Positions 1-8,309 of a stretch of 58,385 nucleotides of DNA are shown piece after piece; within the stretch, counting starts at the first letter, position 1; each line of letters begins with the position of its first letter. This stretch comes from Euryarchaeota archaeon UBA130. GTDB lineage: Archaea; Thermoplasmatota; Poseidoniia; Poseidoniales; Thalassarchaeaceae. The position numbers and the translations under genes are program-made. The notes below the pieces were generated by a model, which was not told where the DNA came from, ran no database searches, and saw only the letters and a list, made by a program, of their open reading frames with translations. Where the stretch lies: NCBI GenBank assembly GCA_002505775.1, contig DAVY01000011.1:1-58385 (forward strand), read 5' to 3'.

Positions 1-990
1 AGGGCGGCTTTCCCAAGTAGAGTAAAGGTAGCCCTCAGTGCCTTGGGAATTCGTTGGTACAAAGACATTGAAATCAGGCTTCTCACTAGTGAACAATAAT
101 GCTCCATCATCAGCAGCATAAATTCCACCAGCAACTTCTCCACTGCTGAGAGAGTCGCCTGATTGTAACAAGACTTGGTATGTACCTACTGATGTTCTAA
201 TTCCATGCCAAATTTCTGATTGACTGATTGTCGATGGAAGTTCGGGAATAGTCTCTGGTAAATCATTCCAATCAAACCCATTTACTACACCAATTGTCGC
301 TTTGTATGGGTCGTCTGGATGCATTGCACTAACGAATAAGTTGCCAATCGAATTAACATGTAATCCAGTTACTTCCGCACCATCAGGAACCATCATTATT
401 CGAGTTAAGTCACTGGGAGTTGGCGGGTCTGGGTCGCTAACAGGTTCTCCGTCTGAATTCTCTGCTCCAGGTGTCGGTTGATCAGAGTCTACCCATTCTC
501 CATTACTTCCAGAAGGTATCTTCGATACTCCATTGGCTGCTTGTCCGGTTGTAATTTCGTGTACTACAACATCTTGTGAATCTTTGAGGAAAACGGTTTC
601 TCCTGCGTTGTTTAACCGCAGAGTGCCGATTTCATTTTCTGCGATAACAGCATATGCTCCAGCCTCTAAGTAGTAAGGTGTCGGTAAATCCGCAAAACCA
701 ACCCAGCTATTTTCATTAATTGGATGAGCCCAACCTCCAATATCGACAATTGTCCAGCCCTCAAGACTCACAGAACTAGACCCGGTATTGAGAAGTTCAA
801 CCCATTCACCTTGAGGATATATTCCTTGATCCGATCCATCTGCGTTCGGCATCACTTCATTTATGCAGACGTCTACACATTCATTTCCACTGGATCCCGG
901 TTCCTGGCCGGATGCCATCCCCCCTCCCGACACGCTGGCCAGCATGGAGGCTACGACAAGTAATGGGAACCACCTCGGTCCTCCCTGCAT
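1..990 (-). CDS. Secreted lamin-tail-domain (LTD) protein fused to a PhoX/DUF839-like alkaline phosphatase region (3' end runs off the window)
   Basis: Not in the ORF track. Manual translation from ATG at 990 gives MQGGPRWFPLLVVASMLASVSG (signal peptide), then LTD hallmarks INEVMPN...GEWVELLNTG...LEGWTIVD...LNNAGETV...PTPGAEN, then LTRIMMVPDGAEVTGLHV...LFVSAMHP (PhoX-type motif). The frame stays open to position 1. Confidence 0.72.
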   Translation of the reverse strand, partial: MQGGPRWFPLLVVASMLASVSGGGMASGQEPGSSGNECVDVCINEVMPNADGSDQGIYPQGEWVELLNTGSSSVSLEGWTIVDIGGWAHPINENSWVGFADLPTPYYLEAGAYAVIAENEIGTLRLNNAGETVFLKDSQDVVVHEITTGQAANGVSKIPSGSNGEWVDSDQPTPGAENSDGEPVSDPDPPTPSDLTRIMMVPDGAEVTGLHVNSIGNLFVSAMHPDDPYKATIGVVNGFDWNDLPETIPELPSTISQSEIWHGIRTSVGTYQVLLQSGDSLSSGEVAGGIYAADDGALLFTSEKPDFNVFVPTNSQGTEGYLYSTWESRP

Positions 991-1084
991 GACCCTGCGT
1001 TTGTGCTAGGGGGTTCAAACCCTTCGCGAGCAAGCTTCACAATGGCTTGGGAAAACTGACCATACCGGGATTTCCAAAAATGCC

Positions 1085-3721
1085 CTAGTTCCCGTCTTCA
1101 TCCTTCATGACTATTCCACCGTAGCCAAGAAGCCCTATCCCAAGGACGTAGAACAATGCTTGAACGTACGATATGATAGCAAGCGTTCCCCCTACGCTAC
1201 CGCCGAAGTTCGTCCAACCGAACGGACCCATATTGTCCGTTACCTGGCTCTTGAAGTCAGATGCATCGTCATCAGCTATTTCGCTGGAGGTGTGAATCTC
1301 GAACACTGGCATTGTATCTACCCCTATGACAGGGTCAGATGAGCCAGTTCCCCTCATGTCCAGATGGAAAGTCACTTTCACCTTACCATACATCACTGCG
1401 TTAGAGATTGGCTCGACTTTCATGTCAATGTCCGCACCAAGGTAAACAGGCAATGCACCTGGAAGTGCATCAACCCAATTTCCTGCACCTAGGATTTTAC
1501 CTTGGATTTGTGTATTAGCTGGATCCAAGCTAACACTGTGCTCTACCATAGTGATTCCTTTGAATTCAACTTCATCACCAACTTCAGAAGTTGCAATTGC
1601 GTATCCCGCGACATTCACTAAGAAAGGGTCGTTAGGACTTGCAAGTGGAGCGGAGACACCGCCAATGGTTCCCATCAGCGATGTATCTGTATTTCCTGCG
1701 TGGTCAGAAAGCAGACCCAGCGAACCGTCCTCTCTGTGAGGGGCTCTCCAGGTCAGATGCTCGGTCATACCGTATACTTGCCCAGCCTCGCAAGGCAAAT
1801 CGTAACCGAGGAAATTACCGGACTGATCGTAGTCATAGTCGCAAAGACCATCTCCATCAGAGTTGATGTACCCCTGGGCAAGCCTCTGGCCCTTGGTCTC
1901 TCCGGCAGTACTCATCTTGTACACCGAGAAGTCGCCGGTGCCTATTCCATCTGACCCGTAGTAAGTCAGATTGGTCTCTAAGCTAACCCATGGGAAGAAT
2001 CCAAAGGATGCGCTTGCGGCATCACTGAAGCCGAAGAGCCAGTGCGTTATCGGCATCGAGTAATACTCGGTGTTACCGCTGAGGAAGGTAATGAGGACAG
2101 GCATCACAACCTCGAAAACGAAATCTCCAACCCAAGATCTCAGGGCGGCCGCTGAGCTTTGATCGATGTCGTACAGATTTGCAACATAAGCGTCATCCCA
2201 AACAGACTGGACTCCATTCTCATCTGGAAGCGACATTCCTGCCAGCTCTCCATACACGAACTCTCTTGAGAAAGTGGTCTTCAGACCTATATTATCGTCG
2301 TTCAGAATGAAGTCAGCTTTTTCCGCAGATAGCGAAGCCATTCCAACATAATCCCCGATGTTTAGTCCAACCTCGATGTATGTTCCACCCAATGAGTCAA
2401 GCCCTCCGAAGGCACCCATCCACCATTCCGGAGCGGTAAGGGTCCCTTGGCCCCCCAGTAGGATATTTTCGAACTCAGTGGGCGAGCCTAAAAGGCCCAA
2501 ACCGACCCATGTCTCGGCATATGTAGCGATATCGACGACGGTGAGTAGTCCGACATTGTAGGTTTCCATTGCAGTGAAGTAGTCACCACTCTGTAGAGGA
2601 AGCAGGAGGCCCACTACCATTCCAGGGAGGGTGACACCGGATAGTGTGAAGGTCCCAAGCAGTCCGTTGAAGTCATCGAAAAGAAGGAAGTCCAGTGTTT
2701 CTGGATTGATTATGTTGACACCGCTTACCTCTTGGAATCTCTCTCTCAGCTGAGGAGTCTCATTGTTAATCTCGTCACCACCTCCTCTTGTCGAGAAGGC
2801 GTTGGCCGCTAAGGCATATACTCCTAGGTCAATCGCAGAGAGTTCTGGCTCAGCTTTATCAGCATACCCATAAAGTGCGGCTCTGGTCTGCGTTACCTGG
2901 CCTCCATCAGGAGCTCCCATTCCGGTAACAAGTACCGGACCGATGTCACAGGTGAGAGCTATGCAAACACCCGTGGAAGGGTCTACCGCATCATACATTA
3001 CAGACTGCTCGAGATCCTGGAAGGATGTCGCCATTTCACTGTCTCCTCCTGCCGCTAGATATGCACCGGCTAGTACCATATCCCCGGTGGTAGCATCTGT
3101 CATCATTGAACCGATGTCCTCGGAAGCCCAGATACTGGGTGCTCTGTTAGCGAGGTCGAACTCAATCATTTTTGACGCGAACATCCCTTGAGCGAAAATC
3201 TCTAGATATTCAATGCCAGTGTTCATTCCAGCCACTCTCTGGGTGTTCCAGAGAATGTTCACTTGATTTGTGAGTGTATCTCCCGAGACAGACGCGTGCT
3301 CCACGCCTTCATCGTCCGTCCAAGTGCAGTCCTCGCACCACTCGTATATCTCATACCCAGAGTAGGTAATCGTGTTCTCATCATAATCGAAGTCTAGGAT
3401 CTCCCGAGTCGTGTTCTCGTAGTAAATGAATGGGCCTATCATCTCGTATGTTGGATCAGCCCCGTTCGCCTGAACGTCCTCAAGATTAGAAATGGAATTA
3501 GCGAAGTAAGCCTTTTGGCCTGATACATTCAACCAATCTTCATCATAGTCAAAGGTGTAATCCTCATTTCCATCATCGTCTATTCCATCCATTCCGTCAG
3601 ATACAGCACTTTCTACCGTACTTTCTATTTGACCATCGACGAAACCTGTCGCCATAAGTCCCAAATTTACCAATAAGAGCAGTGCTCCTATGCCAATTGC
3701 CATTGTTCTCCTGTCAGTCAT
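1085..3721 (-). CDS. CD36/scavenger receptor class B-like membrane protein (N- and C-terminal TM helices, large ectodomain with a helical insert)
   Basis: ORF 1085..3781; the likely start is ATG at 3721 (MTDRRTMAIG). Motifs: W..YFANSISNLEDVQANGADPTYEMIGPFIY, DENTITY, HWLFGFSD, VEFKGITM, MKVEPIS and MPVFEIHTSSEIADDDASDFKSQVT, in the same order as the CD36 family motifs. Confidence 0.7.
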   Translation of the reverse strand: MTDRRTMAIGIGALLLLVNLGLMATGFVDGQIESTVESAVSDGMDGIDDDGNEDYTFDYDEDWLNVSGQKAYFANSISNLEDVQANGADPTYEMIGPFIYYENTTREILDFDYDENTITYSGYEIYEWCEDCTWTDDEGVEHASVSGDTLTNQVNILWNTQRVAGMNTGIEYLEIFAQGMFASKMIEFDLANRAPSIWASEDIGSMMTDATTGDMVLAGAYLAAGGDSEMATSFQDLEQSVMYDAVDPSTGVCIALTCDIGPVLVTGMGAPDGGQVTQTRAALYGYADKAEPELSAIDLGVYALAANAFSTRGGGDEINNETPQLRERFQEVSGVNIINPETLDFLLFDDFNGLLGTFTLSGVTLPGMVVGLLLPLQSGDYFTAMETYNVGLLTVVDIATYAETWVGLGLLGSPTEFENILLGGQGTLTAPEWWMGAFGGLDSLGGTYIEVGLNIGDYVGMASLSAEKADFILNDDNIGLKTTFSREFVYGELAGMSLPDENGVQSVWDDAYVANLYDIDQSSAAALRSWVGDFVFEVVMPVLITFLSGNTEYYSMPITHWLFGFSDAASASFGFFPWVSLETNLTYYGSDGIGTGDFSVYKMSTAGETKGQRLAQGYINSDGDGLCDYDYDQSGNFLGYDLPCEAGQVYGMTEHLTWRAPHREDGSLGLLSDHAGNTDTSLMGTIGGVSAPLASPNDPFLVNVAGYAIATSEVGDEVEFKGITMVEHSVSLDPANTQIQGKILGAGNWVDALPGALPVYLGADIDMKVEPISNAVMYGKVKVTFHLDMRGTGSSDPVIGVDTMPVFEIHTSSEIADDDASDFKSQVTDNMGPFGWTNFGGSVGGTLAIISYVQALFYVLGIGLLGYGGIVMKDEDGN

Positions 3722-3802
3722 TGCTGCCACACTCCCTCCTCGGGAGTCTTGTACTAGACATAAGCCTTCCAGTGTAATCAATTATTGAATAGAGGCATTT
3801 TT

Positions 3803-5464
3803 CTATATGAATCCGAAGCTATCAAATGTCTGAGCGAAGGTGTAGAGCATTATGGGAACTAATATGATCCCCATTGCGTGACTCCTCCTAATCCCGATAC
3901 GGGGAGGCATGAGTCCCAAACCTGTGCCGACCAAAAGAACTCCAACTCCGACCCATCCAGTTGAAAGCCAAACAAGGATGCTTACGAAACCAGCTACGGA
4001 GATTACCAGTGTCCTAAGTGGCACTATCTCATGCATTTTCAGCATCCCCTTTCCCACTTCAATCATCACGGGGACAGCAAAGAGTCCGGCGGCGATGGTA
4101 ATGCCTAGAAGCCTAACGAAGTCCGCAGGAGGCTCCACAGCATTCCACCCATCAATTGGATACATCATGTTCAATGCTAAGGCGGCCCCGCTCCTAGGTC
4201 TGCCAACCATGTACAAGAACCCCAGTACCATAACTGTGACAGCCGTATTGACGGATGATAGTACTGCTATTACTTCCAGATCCTGTTGTTGACTTTGGGC
4301 ACTAAGATCTAAATCAGGGCTAGATTCGGCGGCTTCCCCAAGCGCACTCTCGAAGAGCTCCCTCTCTTCGTCTGTGAGGCCTTCCAAGTCGCCTGCTATA
4401 TCCCTAATTGACTGCTTGGGAACGAATCCAGGTTGGATCCCATGTTCGAAGTCAGCTGGGATATAATTCGGATCCGTTAGTCTACCCCAAAGGTTCCTAG
4501 CACTCATCACGACAACGGTTGCTTGGGCAGCGGTCATACCAGGTAGAATCGCCATGACAGACGAGACAACAGCAGAAAGAAACGTGGGAACCGCGAGAGG
4601 CTTCATTGGGGGCATCTCCCAATTTTGCTTCTGAGGAGGAATCTCAGAGGTCGTTACGTAGATGTCAATTAGGTTTGCAATACCAAAAAGACCTGCTAAT
4701 CCAGGAAAAAGGAGAGTAGCAGACGGCATTCCGACAGGGGAACGGCCGGGTAACTCGAATACTGCCCATCCGTAGAATCCACATATCAAAAAGAAGGCGG
4801 TCGCCACAAGAATTCCAGCTATCCTAGAACTAGATCCCAAACTTAAATCAATTTCATTCCAGCTTCTTTTGTACCTAAATTTCCCAATAGGAATGTCGAC
4901 TCTAAATGTGGTTGGGAGAGGAATTTTGAATTTCCTTGTCGCCCTCTGCATCCATCCGGGCCATGCCAGTCTGGTTGTCTCGGTCATGATCAAGAATATC
5001 GAGATAATCAGTAATAGCCAAGGCAGGATATCTCGACTGGATTCGTACAGTCCCAGCCCAGGATTTTCTCCGAACATCAACCTAGCTACTATCAACAGAG
5101 GGATAGACATCAGCATTCCCATCTGTGAACCCCTGGCGGAATAGGCGACACCCTGTGCTGCCTGCCCAGAAATTAGCATTCGATGCCCGGGTAGTAAAGC
5201 CAGAGCCATGTTGTCATCCGGGGCACCTACAAGTGCGCTTGGGATGTAGTTTAGGAATGTGTGAACGGTTCCACAAGCGACAATTATTCCTGCCACGGCA
5301 TCCAGCGGGATTCCGATTCCTACCGCGACCGGCGATAGGCTAAGTGCGATCAGAGCCACGTTATTAACGTGAAATCCCGGAATCAGGCCAGTCAAGCACC
5401 CTAGCCCCACTCCGAAAACAAAAGAGGCGATGAGCCACCCAAAATCGACCAAAATCGGATCCAA
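3803..5464 (-). CDS. Archaeal TctA/DUF112-family (tripartite tricarboxylate transporter-like) permease
   Basis: GCLTGLIPGFHVN, HTFLNYIPSALVGAPD..LPGHRML, LFPGLAGLFG and ILPGMTAAQA, GRPRSG, GIRRSHAMG motifs; many hydrophobic helices; TTG start. Confidence 0.88.
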   Translation of the reverse strand: MDPILVDFGWLIASFVFGVGLGCLTGLIPGFHVNNVALIALSLSPVAVGIGIPLDAVAGIIVACGTVHTFLNYIPSALVGAPDDNMALALLPGHRMLISGQAAQGVAYSARGSQMGMLMSIPLLIVARLMFGENPGLGLYESSRDILPWLLLIISIFLIMTETTRLAWPGWMQRATRKFKIPLPTTFRVDIPIGKFRYKRSWNEIDLSLGSSSRIAGILVATAFFLICGFYGWAVFELPGRSPVGMPSATLLFPGLAGLFGIANLIDIYVTTSEIPPQKQNWEMPPMKPLAVPTFLSAVVSSVMAILPGMTAAQATVVVMSARNLWGRLTDPNYIPADFEHGIQPGFVPKQSIRDIAGDLEGLTDEERELFESALGEAAESSPDLDLSAQSQQQDLEVIAVLSSVNTAVTVMVLGFLYMVGRPRSGAALALNMMYPIDGWNAVEPPADFVRLLGITIAAGLFAVPVMIEVGKGMLKMHEIVPLRTLVISVAGFVSILVWLSTGWVGVGVLLVGTGLGLMPPRIGIRRSHAMGIILVPIMLYTFAQTFDSFGFI

Positions 5465-5472
5465 CTAATCAC

Positions 5473-7065
5473 CTATCTGACATCAATACAGAAACGAGCA
5501 GTACTCTCCATGCCGAACTCTTCCATACTGAGCCTCCCGACCCAATCTACCGGCTCCCCTATCGAAAGCTGTTCTATGGACTCCGTACCATCGCCCAACA
5601 AACACACCCTCTCATCAGACCCCGATCTAGAAATCCAGCTTGTTCCATCATCATCGGTGATCGCCTCACCGGTTAATTGGACTATTTTTCCTAGATCCCA
5701 CCTCCAGGAATTATAACCGTCCCCCCAATTTAGAAGAATCGGATCGGGTGCTTCTCCCAAGGTCCAAGAGCGAGCCTCCAAAACCACCCTGCCATCGGAA
5801 TCAGACCACAAAACTGTGGCATTAAACCTGATTGGCTGGTTAGCTTCGATGTACTCAGCGTGCTCTCCGATTAGCTGGATTCTTAGTTTAGTCTCTCTTT
5901 CGTAGTAATCAGCTCCGTCGCCCACATATCCCTTGTCATAATCCGGAGAGATTGGATCAGTCACCCATCCCTCAAAGGTGTAGTTACCACCAACGTATGA
6001 AAATGGGTCAGAGGCGACACTTGAGAGTTCCGTAACGTCATCCCCGAAATTACCAGTCTCTCTTTCAGTCATCAGATCGTAACCCCTATCTAAGCAGACC
6101 TCGGCCTCATCGGCCGCCCACGCCAGCCTTCCGGCCCAGACGCCTTGACTGCCATTTAGCGCGATGTCAGCGAGGTCTTCTTCGGATGGCAAGAGGCACA
6201 ATGAATCATTAGGCGAAGGACCTTTCAAAATCCACTCATCACCAATAGAGGTTACTGTACCTGTAACGAAAACCATCTTTCCTACGTCGTAAGTCAGAGA
6301 GTAAGGGGCAGCTTCCCAGTTGATAGTGGTGGGGATTCCCTGGCTTAGTACCTCCACCTCGCTAGCCTGAACTAGGAGCCTCCATCTGTAGGATCGCTCA
6401 TCAAATTGAAGCCACCCATTAACTCTAACATGGCTCCCCGCTTCTACCCATTCTATCACGCGACCTTCAATTTGAACGTACAAGAGATGATCAGCTCCTC
6501 CGTAGACGTGGTTATCCATTAGGTAGAGCGAGTGATATGTCACATCGGGAGCTAATGGTTCGCTTAGCCACCCATCGATTTGTATAGATTGATTAGCAAA
6601 GGATAGGGGGTCCCTTCCCACCTCGACAAGTTTGGTTTCTGTAAAGTCTATGAAACCACTCTGGGCGATTATCGCACCATAGCCATTTGATTGGAGCCAA
6701 ATCCTACCATTCCACTCAGAGACCTCACCTTCAACAGTAACTATCGTGCCAATGGGGGGGACATCATTATTCCAATCCACGTTCCACCTTACCTTGGCAA
6801 CAGAATGGCCGTTTATTTCCTGTACCTGAAGGTCTATTCTGTCAGCTCCTTCTCCGTAGGGGTCCCTAACATATCCAGTTAGTACCCCTTCAATTTTCAC
6901 AGTCTCCCTGGGGAAGTTTCGGATTTCGTCAATTTCAATCATATCGGGTTCCCTGACAACAGCATAGAAATTCATAGCAGAGACAAGGAGAAGCGAAGTG
7001 AAGAACATCACCCATAGCTTAGTCATGACTTGCGTGGAGGGGGTCAGACGCTTCATGGTTACCAT
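5473..7065 (-). CDS. Membrane-anchored protein with multiple OB-fold-like domains
   Basis: N-terminal TM (LWVMFFTSLLLVSAMNFYAVV); OB-like segment VKIEGVLT...IGTIVTVEGEVSEWNGRIWL; followed by an internally duplicated unit of about 190 aa. Confidence 0.65.
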   Translation of the reverse strand: MVTMKRLTPSTQVMTKLWVMFFTSLLLVSAMNFYAVVREPDMIEIDEIRNFPRETVKIEGVLTGYVRDPYGEGADRIDLQVQEINGHSVAKVRWNVDWNNDVPPIGTIVTVEGEVSEWNGRIWLQSNGYGAIIAQSGFIDFTETKLVEVGRDPLSFANQSIQIDGWLSEPLAPDVTYHSLYLMDNHVYGGADHLLYVQIEGRVIEWVEAGSHVRVNGWLQFDERSYRWRLLVQASEVEVLSQGIPTTINWEAAPYSLTYDVGKMVFVTGTVTSIGDEWILKGPSPNDSLCLLPSEEDLADIALNGSQGVWAGRLAWAADEAEVCLDRGYDLMTERETGNFGDDVTELSSVASDPFSYVGGNYTFEGWVTDPISPDYDKGYVGDGADYYERETKLRIQLIGEHAEYIEANQPIRFNATVLWSDSDGRVVLEARSWTLGEAPDPILLNWGDGYNSWRWDLGKIVQLTGEAITDDDGTSWISRSGSDERVCLLGDGTESIEQLSIGEPVDWVGRLSMEEFGMESTARFCIDVR

Positions 7066-7126
7066 TGCTAAATATCAAGTTATTCTTCGGCAAGGTTCTT
7101 GACTTGGTAGCTAGCCAGGGAGGACA

Positions 7127-7203
7127 GGACCCGTAGCTCAGTTGGTTAGAGCGCTCGGCTCATAACCGAGTGGTCATCGGTTCAAATCCGGTCGGGTCCA
7201 CCA
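7127..7203 (+). tRNA. tRNA with CAT anticodon, most likely tRNA-Ile2(CAU); intronless, CCA encoded
   Basis: Acceptor stem GGACCCG/CGGGTCC, D-arm AGCTCAGTTGGTTAGAGC, anticodon arm CTCGG-CTCATAA-CCGAG, T-loop GGTTCAAATCC, discriminator A plus CCA. A GG- start and this anticodon stem fit archaeal Ile2 better than initiator Met (AGC-) or elongator Met (GCC-). Confidence 0.93.
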
Positions 7204-7284
7204 CTCTTTGCAGAACTTAGGATTTTGGCTATTTTCTTAATCGGACGGGGCGAAGTCATAAATACGGTCTCGATTGCCATCATT

Positions 7285-8238
7285 ATGATGCCAAGCCGAA
7301 GCTCAGTTAGGACCAGCATGCTGATTCTGATGGTTTACTTTCTGAGTACATGGGCTGGTGCCGCTTCTGTGCATGCTCAGACCAATCCAACTCCTGACAT
7401 AACTCTCACCTGTGACAACCCCCAGCCAATCGAGGTTTACCCCGGTGCAACGAGGACTTCAATTGTCTATTGCACTCTTCAGAACCCAACAGTTCACAGT
7501 GAGAAAGTAGACCTCCAGATTCAATCTGGTGCATTAATTTCAGCTGGTCCTGCATCTATGTCAGTTGGATCGGGTGCGGATGTCAGCTTCCAAGTTATTC
7601 TAAGGGCTGACCTGAGAATGCCAGAAGGTCAACATCAGATCTCAATCACTGCCCAAGTGGTTCAGGCCGATGGAATCACGTGGCCCAATGGGGCTCCTAC
7701 GACCTACAAGGTTCTAGCAGTAATTAAGCAATTTAGCAGGCTCAGAGTCGCCTCCGATGTTGCGTTCATGCAGCTCAGGCCAAGGGTGGATGTGCTGATG
7801 TCTTTCGACGTTTACAACGATGGTAATGCAATGGACAGGTTCAACGTGGAAATAGTAAATTACGATGAGCTAAACGATGAGGGCTTCCAAATCAGTCTTC
7901 CTTTGGTCTCTGTCGAGATTGAATCTTCGGCCCCACCTGAGAAGGTTCGCGTCCAGATCAGAACTCCCAAGAATCAGGGTTGGACGGACAAATTCTTCAA
8001 TTTACAATTCAAAGCTACCTCTGAGTACTCAGTCAGAACAGAAGGAATTCCCAACTACATGGTCCAATCTATGACCATCTACATTCGTGGCGTCTACCTA
8101 CCAGGGTTTGGAATGCTAGGCTCGATGATGATGACTGCATTGGCCGCAGCAGCCATTGTTGGCAGTAAGAGGGACGATGGCGTATTAGAAATGGATGAGG
8201 ACGGTAATTTGGTCCCGTTGGACTCTAGAATATTCTAA
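7285..8238 (+). CDS. Surface protein with Ig/NEW3-like domains and a PGF-like C-terminal anchor (resembles the MGII 'choice-of-anchor T' type)
   Basis: Signal peptide (…WAGAASVHA-Q); beta-rich repeats (VYNDGNAMDRF); YLPGF followed by a hydrophobic helix and KR. Start moved to ATG 7285 because TCATAAAT lies about 29 nt upstream. Confidence 0.6.
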   Translation: MMPSRSSVRTSMLILMVYFLSTWAGAASVHAQTNPTPDITLTCDNPQPIEVYPGATRTSIVYCTLQNPTVHSEKVDLQIQSGALISAGPASMSVGSGADVSFQVILRADLRMPEGQHQISITAQVVQADGITWPNGAPTTYKVLAVIKQFSRLRVASDVAFMQLRPRVDVLMSFDVYNDGNAMDRFNVEIVNYDELNDEGFQISLPLVSVEIESSAPPEKVRVQIRTPKNQGWTDKFFNLQFKATSEYSVRTEGIPNYMVQSMTIYIRGVYLPGFGMLGSMMMTALAAAAIVGSKRDDGVLEMDEDGNLVPLDSRIF

Positions 8239-8309
8239 CGATGCATAGTTTTCGACGCTCTCCAGCAACGGGTTGATAACCTGAACTCCTCCCTAGAAAA
8301 GCAAGAGGC

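Noticed and set aside
724-963. 79-aa plus-strand ORF and the many other short ORFs in the track
   Set aside because: They are antisense or alternate-frame shadows of longer genes with recognisable motifs; this one overlaps the LTD-PhoX gene.
1005-1030. GGGGGTTCAAACCC resembling a tRNA T-arm or att-site remnant
   Set aside because: No cloverleaf can be built around it, and on the minus strand it is the TTTGAA box at -29 of the gene starting at 990.
1-7065. All four minus-strand genes as a single operon
   Set aside because: Only the OB and TctA genes are tightly coupled (8 bp). The CD36-like and PhoX-like genes have 81-bp and 94-bp gaps with their own TATA-like boxes, so co-transcription is unsupported.
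7127-7225. tRNA as an integration site for a mobile element
   Set aside because: I saw no integrase, no duplicated tRNA 3' end and no obvious compositional break in the window.
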